From: Synergistales bacterium
Lineage (GTDB): Bacteria > Synergistota > Synergistia > Synergistales > JAFGMB01
Length of the DNA: 64,000 nucleotides
NCBI GenBank assembly: GCA_963666205.1
Contig: OY762654.1
Location: 352,001-416,000, forward strand
Direction of reading: 5' to 3'
The translations under genes were made by a program, and so were the position numbers. How positions within the stretch are numbered: position 1 is the stretch's first letter; the number at the start of each line of letters is the position of its first letter. Below, in pieces: positions 56,752-64,000 of this stretch. The notes beneath the pieces were generated by a model. The model made no database searches. It worked only from the letters and a program-made list of their open reading frames with translations, and was not told the DNA's origin.

Positions 56752-58416
56752 TCAATCAGGAACCACTACACAATCAAGAATAAACTGCAACCTTGGTTTA
56801 CCTCTCCATACATCAAGTCTGGGATGATAAACCCAACCCAGAGGAGAACCATCTTTGAGTTCATCGAGAAGGTCTCTTATATTAAAAGCTAAAATCTCGG
56901 ATGATCCCAGAGATATCTTGAAATGTTCTCCACCTCTACCAAGAGAAGTGAATTTCTCAATGCCCTGCCTGGGATGGTAAAAGAAAGGAACAGGATTACC
57001 CTGTCCAAATGGTCCTAAAAGGGTGAGTTCCTGAAAAACCCTGGAGTTGATATTATCAGGATTAAAGTCCAGAGCATGGATAGAGATATCAGGGGTAACA
57101 AATAGACATAAATGGTCTTCCAATTTATTCCTTACCAGATCCCAATGCTCAGGAGCAACGGAAAAACCGGCAGCAAATTTATGTCCTCCCCATTCTTGAA
57201 GATAATCGGATACTATGTCAAGAGTTGCAATAGCATCTCCTCCCGTGGGGACCCTTACTGTCCCTCTGATGCTCTTTCTATTGGGGGCTGCCAGGATCAC
57301 AGGCTGACTCCTCATATTGCAGACTTTACTGGCTACTCCGCTGAGAATTCCGATAGGCCATGTTTTTTCAAAGATCACATGGCATGAATCCCTCTCCATC
57401 ACAGAAGATACCTGTTTTGAGATGGTAAGGGACAATTCCTGTCTTTTCCTGTTAAGAATTACAAGTTTTTCCGCAAATCCGGATACAGGCTCTACCCCTG
57501 CAAGAAGGTTAACCGAAGGATCAGCAAGTTCCATTCTGCCTGCTGCATTGAGGCAGGGAATCACCTTCATAGCAAGATGTTCTTCAGTAAGGTAAGAACT
57601 TGATAAATCAAGTTTTTTTAAAAGCTCCCTGAGACCAGGCCGTGTAAATCGCTTGATCTGATCCAGACCCATGTTAACAATAGACCGGTTAAGTGCGTTA
57701 AGGGGCATACAGTCTGCCACAGTAGCCAAAGCAACAAGATCAAGTCTTTCCATAAGCCAGTCTGTTGGCAAACCACTGTGAAGGAAAGCCCAGGTCCATA
57801 ACACCGCAGTAGCACAAAGTTCTCTGGAACGTGGATCCCCGTCTATCTGTGGATTCACAACAAAAGAAGGAGCACAATAGTCCTCCTCGACCAGATGATG
57901 ATCGAAAACAAAGAGATTAAGTCCCGCCTCACGAGCGTGTAAAAGCATTTCCTTGTCCTTGGAACCACAATCAACAATTACAAGAGTATCACAGCCCGTC
58001 CTGACAAGGTTTTCCAAAACATCCCAGTGGAGTCCATAACCCTGATGATGACGATGGGGAATAAAATATCTGACTTTCGCCCCGACTCTGGCACATATTT
58101 CCATAGCAAGGACAGTAGCAGAAATACCATCCACATCATAATCACCATAAACAACAACATTTCCAAGAGTTGCGATAGAATTCCACAAATTCCTTGTTTC
58201 AATTGCATTTCTGCCAAGATCAAGACAGGAAAGTATAGAGTTAAGGCTCGGACTTAGCCAGGCCCGAGCCTTTTCTATATTTCCCATATCTGCAAGTCCT
58301 CTCATTTCGAGGATAGATGCAACAAGTACAGAACATTGGAGTTGTTGGGAGATTTCTAAAGTACTTTCCTTTGGCTCAAAGAGGCAGAGTTCAGATCTTC
58401 GACAGAAAGATGTCAA
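56752..58416 (-). CDS. recJ: ssDNA exonuclease RecJ (DHH family)
   Basis: YGDYDVDG, DHH, ATVADCMPL, NAAGR, GGHKFAAG, PFGQGNP. Confidence 0.9.
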   Translation of the reverse strand: MTSFCRRSELCLFEPKESTLEISQQLQCSVLVASILEMRGLADMGNIEKARAWLSPSLNSILSCLDLGRNAIETRNLWNSIATLGNVVVYGDYDVDGISATVLAMEICARVGAKVRYFIPHRHHQGYGLHWDVLENLVRTGCDTLVIVDCGSKDKEMLLHAREAGLNLFVFDHHLVEEDYCAPSFVVNPQIDGDPRSRELCATAVLWTWAFLHSGLPTDWLMERLDLVALATVADCMPLNALNRSIVNMGLDQIKRFTRPGLRELLKKLDLSSSYLTEEHLAMKVIPCLNAAGRMELADPSVNLLAGVEPVSGFAEKLVILNRKRQELSLTISKQVSSVMERDSCHVIFEKTWPIGILSGVASKVCNMRSQPVILAAPNRKSIRGTVRVPTGGDAIATLDIVSDYLQEWGGHKFAAGFSVAPEHWDLVRNKLEDHLCLFVTPDISIHALDFNPDNINSRVFQELTLLGPFGQGNPVPFFYHPRQGIEKFTSLGRGGEHFKISLGSSEILAFNIRDLLDELKDGSPLGWVYHPRLDVWRGKPRLQFILDCVVVPD

Positions 58417-58982
58417 TTGTCAACTTTTCCCTCATCCTCAAGTTCTTCCTCAAGGGTAAGATCTGTGCCTTCATCTACTTCAGCGTTATCTCCTTCGCAT
58501 GGCTCACATGATATATCGCGCAGTTCGGACTCTTCCGAAACCATGGTCCCTTCCGAACAGGACTCCGTCGAGAAATCAGCTGATGGTTCCACATAATCGC
58601 GTACATCCTGTTCCCATTTTGCTGGGCCCTTTGCGGGTTCGTCCTGGGCTGGAATCTCAAAGTCCGATCCTGTTCTCTTGAGAGCTATCATAAGGGATTT
58701 CCGTTCATCCCTAAGAACAGATAAATCTTCTTCAAGTTCTGTAAGACGTGTTTTCTGATCCTTTACTATTCCGGTATACCTATTACGGTTCTCTACAATT
58801 GCTGAGAGGGATATAATCCACATAACAACACAGCCTAAGGCAAATAGCGCTATCTCCCACACTCCCTGGGGGAGAACTCTTTCCCAGGTAAGGAACCTTA
58901 CAACCACTTCTCCCTTGTTCTGAAAAGCATAAATAGCAGCTAAAAGCATGGTAAAAGATATTCCTAATCCATAACTCCTCAT
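58413..58982 (-). CDS. LapA/DUF1049-like membrane protein with coiled coil and acidic tail
   Basis: Two TM segments flanking AFQN...V.VRFLTW; SD AGGAGG; ATGA overlap with recJ. Confidence 0.7.
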   Translation of the reverse strand: MRSYGLGISFTMLLAAIYAFQNKGEVVVRFLTWERVLPQGVWEIALFALGCVVMWIISLSAIVENRNRYTGIVKDQKTRLTELEEDLSVLRDERKSLMIALKRTGSDFEIPAQDEPAKGPAKWEQDVRDYVEPSADFSTESCSEGTMVSEESELRDISCEPCEGDNAEVDEGTDLTLEEELEDEGKVDN

Positions 58983-59103
58983 TGATAACCCTCCTAGCCA
59001 GAATCATATTCTAAAAAAACGAAACTACAGACAACGTGGCCTGATCAGAATGAAACACCTATATTCCAATGATGACAATAGTTTTGCGAAGATGCAAGAG
59101 ATA

Positions 59104-59364
59104 TCATTGATGGTTCAGAAAAGTACCATTTTCGGCTTCGACCGATAGTATTGATGTAAGCTTTTTAATTTCTGAACTGATACAGCTTATCATCTCTTTC
59201 CTTTTTTCATGAACATCCTGATCAATATCGGAAAGTATGGCTCTGAATTCTGAGTCGCTGAGAAGTCCTTTCTTCACCAATCCGGATAAACGTTTGCGGC
59301 AGATCTCAACTGCAGAATCTCCCACTGCAAGACCTTCTGCTATCATCCTCAAAATGGGTTCCAT
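59104..59364 (-). CDS. Small helical protein, phasin-like (COG3937-like)
   Basis: GL..G......L..LVKKG.LS..E pattern resembles that family; SD AAGGGGG; has its own promoter. Confidence 0.5.
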   Translation of the reverse strand: MEPILRMIAEGLAVGDSAVEICRKRLSGLVKKGLLSDSEFRAILSDIDQDVHEKRKEMISCISSEIKKLTSILSVEAENGTFLNHQ

Positions 59365-59397
59365 TATCCATCCCCCTTAAACTGTATTCCAGACATT

Positions 59398-59426
59398 ATT
59401 GTAATACTGCTGTATCTTTTCGTAAA
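59398..59426 (-). promoter_or_regulatory. Putative sigma70 promoter for the phasin-like ORF
   Basis: TTTACG (59426-59421), 17 nt, TACAAT (59403-59398). Confidence 0.5.
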
Positions 59427-59443
59427 CCACAGTATGGCATACT

Positions 59444-59467
59444 AAAAAGGGAGCCATGAGGCTCCCT
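59444..59467 (-). terminator. Intrinsic terminator after secF
   Basis: AGGGAGCC-TCAT-GGCTCCCT-TTTT. Confidence 0.8.
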
Positions 59468-59533
59468 GGAGGTATATAAAGAAAAGAGAAGGAGGTTGAT
59501 CAGGCTAAAACCAGGGGACGAAAGGTCGGCAAA

Positions 59534-60409
59534 CTATCTGGATGAAGACCTTTCATACCACTCAGAAAGAAGCGATCCTGCGATATAGATGGAACTGTAT
59601 GTGCCAACGACTATTCCTATAAGCAATGCGAAAGAGAAATTCGCAAGAACAGGTCCACCAAGTAAGAAGAAAGCCATTACCGGAAGAAATGTGGTTATCG
59701 AAGTATTCATGGTTCTAGACAGGGTCTGGTTCAGAGAAACGTTGAGAAGTTTCACTATTCCCCATGGCTTAAGATTTTTCCAGTTCTCCCTGACTCTGTC
59801 AAGAACAACGATAGTATCATTTAGAGAATAGCCTACGATCGTAAGTATAGCAGCAATGAAAGGTAGGGAAACTTCCATACCTGTGAGACTGAAAACCCCG
59901 AGAGTTATAAGGGAATCGTGCATTAAGGCTAAAACACTTACCACAGCAAAGCGGAACTGGAAACGTACAGTTATATATCCCAGGATACCCAACAAAGCCA
60001 TACAAACCGCTATAAAAGCCTCTTTGCGAAGTTGTTCTCCGACAACAGGCCCGACTTTTTCGAATCTAAGCAATTCCACATCAGGATATTTCTCTCTTAT
60101 TGCCTGGAGTACTTCTTTTCTTACAGTCTCTTCCTGGGCATTGAGGCGAATCATAAATCCGTCATTACTGTAAGACTGAATAACAGCTTGAGACTGACCT
60201 ACATCCGAAAGGATATCCCTGAGATCACTGACCTCAACCGCAGTTGAAAACTTCAATTGCATGAGGTTCCCGCCAACAAAGTCTATACCAAGGTTAAGTC
60301 CCCTGGTAAACAAAAGCAGAATACTTGCCAACAGAAGAATTCCACTAAAGATCAAGGCTTTCCTGCGAAATTTCATAAAATCTAGATTAATTGAAGATAA
60401 GCTGAACAT
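59534..60409 (-). CDS. secF: Protein translocase subunit SecF
   Basis: LNLGIDFVGG, VGPVVG, GYSLNDTIVVLDRVREN, GTYSSIYIA. Confidence 0.96.
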   Translation of the reverse strand: MFSLSSINLDFMKFRRKALIFSGILLLASILLLFTRGLNLGIDFVGGNLMQLKFSTAVEVSDLRDILSDVGQSQAVIQSYSNDGFMIRLNAQEETVRKEVLQAIREKYPDVELLRFEKVGPVVGEQLRKEAFIAVCMALLGILGYITVRFQFRFAVVSVLALMHDSLITLGVFSLTGMEVSLPFIAAILTIVGYSLNDTIVVLDRVRENWKNLKPWGIVKLLNVSLNQTLSRTMNTSITTFLPVMAFFLLGGPVLANFSFALLIGIVVGTYSSIYIAGSLLSEWYERSSSR

Positions 60410-60425
60410 GAAAAGACCTCCTCAG

Positions 60426-61820
60426 TTATCCGCGACGTGTAAGAGAGGGAATTCTTGTCCCGCTCATCAGTACCTGGAGCAAAGCTCTTGTAACAACAAC
60501 AGCAGTAAATACACTTGCTAAAATACCAAGACTAAGAGTGACAGCAAATCCTCTAACAGGACCACTACCAAAATAATACAGAACACCAGCAGCAATAAGG
60601 GTAGTTATGTTGGCATCAAGAATCGTCGTTAATGCCTTTCGGAATCCTGAATCGATAGAAGCATGAGGCGTCTTTCCCGAACGGAACTCTTCTTTAACTC
60701 TCTCGTAAATAAGTATATTCCCGTCGACTGCCATTCCGATAGTAAGGATGATACCTGCAATACCTGGAAGTGTCAGTGTCGCTCTCAGGCTTATCAGACC
60801 TGCAAACACAAGAAGAAGAGCAACTGCAAGGGCCGAGTCTGCAGCAATTCCAAGAACGTGGTAGTAGACAAGCATGAACAGAATGACAAGGACCGCTCCA
60901 ATTATACCGGCTCTAAGTCCCTGCTTTATTGAATCCGCACCAAGAGACGGACCAACGGAACGGTTCTCCAGTACTTCTACTGCCACTGGAAGGGCACCCG
61001 CCCTCAACATTATAGCTAAGCGCTGGGCCTCCGGAACTGAGAATCTGCCGGAAATCTGTGCATTACCTCCACTTATTCTTTCCTGTACAACCGGAGCTGA
61101 AACCACTACTCCGTCAAGGACAATGGCCAACTGTTCACCAACAGATTCGGAAGTCGCCTTATCAAAGAGTTTGGCTCCTTCGTTGTTAAATGCTATGGTG
61201 ACAACAGGCCTGCCCAGATTATCATACTGTGTACCTGCATTTTTCAGGTCTTTACCGGTGACGTATGGAGTTCCAAGAAGATAGTATTTTTCATCTTCAT
61301 CTCTTGAAAGGAGAAGTCCCTTTCCCTTATCAGCTTCAGCCTGAAGTTCGTTTTTTATCGTTAATATCTGTTGCTTTGCTTCTTCCCACCTGGAAAGGGC
61401 ACTGTTATACTCCTCATCGCTATCATAATTGGGCCTCTGTGGGCCAGGAGGAACAGCAGGAGTCCCCTTAAGAACTTTCCTGAACTCCAGAAGGGCCGTC
61501 TTGCCTATGAGTTCAAGAGCCGCTTCTGGATCTTCAACTCCGGGAAGATCCACTATTACTCTATCCTTACCCTGTCTCTGGATCAGGGGTTCCGATACAC
61601 CATACTGGTCAATACGGTTCCTTAAAACAGCAAGAAGCCTTTCTATACTATCTTCCGTAAGGGGATTTGTATCTGTTCCCTTGGCTTGAAGAACAATATG
61701 GGCTCCACCCTTAAGGTCCAGACCCAGATTGATCCTACCCTTTATTGGAAAAACAGATACAACTGCTACTATAACAACCAATGCTACCAAGAGAAGCCGC
61801 CAACGGTCTCTTTTCTGCAT
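60426..61820 (-). CDS. secD: Protein translocase subunit SecD
   Basis: LGLDLKGG, RIDQYGVSEP, VGPSLG, GMAVDGNILIYER. Start placed at ATG 61820 (9 nt from AGGAGG). Confidence 0.95.
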   Translation of the reverse strand: MQKRDRWRLLLVALVVIVAVVSVFPIKGRINLGLDLKGGAHIVLQAKGTDTNPLTEDSIERLLAVLRNRIDQYGVSEPLIQRQGKDRVIVDLPGVEDPEAALELIGKTALLEFRKVLKGTPAVPPGPQRPNYDSDEEYNSALSRWEEAKQQILTIKNELQAEADKGKGLLLSRDEDEKYYLLGTPYVTGKDLKNAGTQYDNLGRPVVTIAFNNEGAKLFDKATSESVGEQLAIVLDGVVVSAPVVQERISGGNAQISGRFSVPEAQRLAIMLRAGALPVAVEVLENRSVGPSLGADSIKQGLRAGIIGAVLVILFMLVYYHVLGIAADSALAVALLLVFAGLISLRATLTLPGIAGIILTIGMAVDGNILIYERVKEEFRSGKTPHASIDSGFRKALTTILDANITTLIAAGVLYYFGSGPVRGFAVTLSLGILASVFTAVVVTRALLQVLMSGTRIPSLTRRG

Positions 61821-61928
61821 CTGCATATACCTCCTTAACCGAATTATTCCCACAAAATCACAGTCTGTGATCTGAAAGTTCAAACAGGAAAGTCAAATAA
61901 TAAAACCGAAAAAAAAGATAAAAAATAG

Positions 61929-61959
61929 AAAAAGGAGCGGACGCACATGCATCCACTCC
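61929..61959 (-). terminator. Intrinsic terminator after yajC
   Basis: GGAGTGGATGC-ATGT-GCGTCCGCTCC-TTTTT, followed by further T tracts. Confidence 0.8.
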
Positions 61960-61986
61960 AAGATGTTTAGCACCGGAGCAGACTAA

Positions 61987-62337
61987 CTATTCCTCATCAG
62001 TTTTCACACCATTATCTTCGACTGGAGCACCCATTTCTTTTGCTTCCGGGGCAGACGCTCTCTTGTTAGCGATAGAACCTTTAAGGACTCTCGCTTTCAC
62101 ACCATCTGCAATCTCGATAATCAAACTGTCATCCTTGACTTCTCTTACTATGCCCCAGAATCCTCCCGCGGTAACTACCTGATCTCCTCTACCAAGGGAA
62201 GCGATCAATTCATCGTGCTGTTTCTGTTTCTTTTTCTGGGGACGAATGATGAAAAAATAGAAAATCAGCACAAATATTGCTAATGGGAAAAGCATACCCA
62301 CCAAGCTACCCTGACCACCAGTCTGCAAGAACACCAT
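61987..62337 (-). CDS. yajC: Preprotein translocase subunit YajC (exact start uncertain)
   Basis: FYFFIIRPQKKKQK, GDQVVTAGG. Confidence 0.94.
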   Translation of the reverse strand: MVFLQTGGQGSLVGMLFPLAIFVLIFYFFIIRPQKKKQKQHDELIASLGRGDQVVTAGGFWGIVREVKDDSLIIEIADGVKARVLKGSIANKRASAPEAKEMGAPVEDNGVKTDEE

Positions 62338-62372
62338 CTCCTTCTTCTATACTTTTCCTTCTGTCACAGGAC

Positions 62373-62402
62373 ATTCTAACATGATACCTTAAAAGGTATA
62401 AA
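62373..62402 (-). promoter_or_regulatory. Putative extended -10 promoter for yajC with a palindrome in the spacer
   Basis: TTTATA, 18 nt, TGt-TAGAAT (62378-62373); ATACCTT-N2-AAGGTAT at 62384-62399. Confidence 0.5.
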
Positions 62403-62410
62403 CCCCAATC

Positions 62411-63043
62411 TTACTTTTTTTTCTCTTCCTCTTTGAGATAAAACAATAGCTTTTCAAGTTCCACAGAGATATCAACGCTTGTAACAAGGACATCAGGCGG
62501 AGTAACAATGGATATGGGAGAAAAGTTGAGGATTCCCTTGACACAACCGCTACTTACAATGGAATCAACACAACTCTGTGCTGCACTCGAAGGAACTGCA
62601 AGAATAACTACCTCTATCCTGTCCATGCAGATAATTTTCGCAGCATCGTCTATGTTATGGCATTCTACTCCGTAAAAGACCTTGCCGACCTTTGACTTGT
62701 CATTATCAAATAGAGCACTTATCTCGACCTTGTCATTTCGAAGGGCTCCATAACCAAGCAATGCACTTCCAAGATGACCGACTCCGATAAGTCCCAGTTT
62801 CCACTTTCTGGGCGGAGAAAGGATCTCATCAATATGTTTGTAGAGCTTTTCGACATGATAGCCCACACCGCGTTTCCCGATTTCACCAAAATATGAAAGA
62901 TCTTTCCTTACCTGACTGGCCTTAAAAGCGAGGGATTCCCCGATCTCCTGGGATGAAACAACTTTTTGCCCTTCCATGTACAAACGCTCGAGCAGCCTGT
63001 GATACTGTACCAGTCTTCCCACAGTTGGTTCAGCAATTTTCAT
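62411..63043 (-). CDS. rex: Redox-sensing transcriptional repressor Rex
   Basis: RL..Y.R.L, SQVRKDLSYFGEIGKRGVGY, GVGHLGSAL, KGILNFSP. Confidence 0.95.
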   Translation of the reverse strand: MKIAEPTVGRLVQYHRLLERLYMEGQKVVSSQEIGESLAFKASQVRKDLSYFGEIGKRGVGYHVEKLYKHIDEILSPPRKWKLGLIGVGHLGSALLGYGALRNDKVEISALFDNDKSKVGKVFYGVECHNIDDAAKIICMDRIEVVILAVPSSAAQSCVDSIVSSGCVKGILNFSPISIVTPPDVLVTSVDISVELEKLLFYLKEEEKKK

Positions 63044-63166
63044 TTAAGCCTGCTTTCCTGAAGCACAATGACTTCATAATAATATGTAAACCTAAAGACT
63101 GGACCAGTCTCAAACCTCAGTCTCCCGCAACTTTTATGCTGATAGCTCCCAAGAGGTCAGTATGAT

Positions 63167-64000
63167 TTATCTGGAACATTTTATTCGGGATAAACCGGAA
63201 TAGGGAGCAACTTCAAATGCCTCTTCCTCTATCCTTAGTAACTGATTGTATTTGGCCACTCTATCAACTCGAGCTGGAGCCCCGCTTTTTATCTGACCAG
63301 CAGATGTGGCAACACTCAGGTCGCTGATAAAGGTATCAGAAGTTTCCCCGGATCTATGGGATATTATCGTTCCAAGACCGTTGGATCTGGCTATATCGAT
63401 CACTTCCAACGTTTCTGTAAGAGTACCTATCTGGTTGAGCTTTATCAGGATAGCATTGGCCGACCTGTCATTTATCCCTCTGCGAAGTCTTTCCGGATTT
63501 GTAACGAAAAGATCGTCACCTACTATCTGGATCTTACTCCCAAGTTTCTGGAGCAATCCTCCCCAACCTTCCCAATCTTCCTCTGACATGCCGTCTTCTA
63601 TTGAAATAACCGGATATCTACTGCATAGATCCGTATAATAATCCATAAGTTCCAGTGATGAAAAGGTTTTCTGTTCTCCTTTAAAAATATAATTGCCATC
63701 TTTAAAGATCTCAGTAGCAGCTACATCCAGACCAAGACTTATATCCTCTCCAGGAACATAGCCGGCTTTTTCTATTGCAGAAATAATGATGTCAATAGCT
63801 TCTCTGTTAGTTTTCAGATGAGGGGCAAAACCTCCCTCATCTCCCAGAGCAGTATTCAGTCCCTTTTGGATTAAAATTGTTTTTAATGCGTGATAAGTCT
63901 CCGTACCCATTCTCAGTGCTTCTGAAAAACATTCGGCACCATGGGGAATGATCATAAACTCCTGGATATCGAGATTATTGTCCGCATGTTTACCTCCATT
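63167..64000 (-). CDS. eno: Enolase, 3' part (5' end outside the window)
   Basis: [54 protein letters not shown]. Confidence 0.97.
   Translation of the reverse strand, partial: NGGKHADNNLDIQEFMIIPHGAECFSEALRMGTETYHALKTILIQKGLNTALGDEGGFAPHLKTNREAIDIIISAIEKAGYVPGEDISLGLDVAATEIFKDGNYIFKGEQKTFSSLELMDYYTDLCSRYPVISIEDGMSEEDWEGWGGLLQKLGSKIQIVGDDLFVTNPERLRRGINDRSANAILIKLNQIGTLTETLEVIDIARSNGLGTIISHRSGETSDTFISDLSVATSAGQIKSGAPARVDRVAKYNQLLRIEEEAFEVAPYSGLSRIKCSR

Noticed and set aside
59490..59550. Hammerhead ribozyme suggested by TGATCAG...GACGAAA
   Set aside because: The CUGAUGA core and required stems are absent.

Overview
This is a 64 kb housekeeping region of a bacterial chromosome. Every supported gene lies on the minus strand. 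In transcription order (right to left) it contains: eno (partial), rex, yajC, secD, secF, a phasin-like ORF, a LapA-like ORF, recJ, rel, dtd, an MBL hydrolase, radC, mreBCD, mrdA, minCDE, rodA, a radical-SAM/DUF2344 pair, rng, smc, a tRNA methyltransferase, rsmI, metG, tatD, tgt, sua5, tRNA-Leu(CAG), rpoB, rpoC, an L7Ae-family gene, the uninterrupted str-S10-spc-alpha ribosomal superoperon, ecfA1A2T and truA (partial). The Firmicutes-like gene order combined with minE, separate secD/secF and a very large RpoC suggests a Synergistota-like anaerobe; this is inference, not a search result. I found no mobile elements, CRISPR arrays, rRNA or defence genes. The most unusual signals concern RNA polymerase. 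(1) The 1666-aa beta' carries two insertions, each apparently built from about five tandem copies of a native RNAP module. (2) rpoBC is bracketed on both sides by an inverted repeat containing a perfect TTGACA -35 of a downstream extended -10 promoter. (3) rpoB and rpoC are in frame, separated only by one TAG. Other leads are the uncharacterised radical-SAM/DUF2344/RNase G unit and an anti-Shine-Dalgarno-rich secF 3' UTR. All protein calls are by motif recognition; no searches were run.
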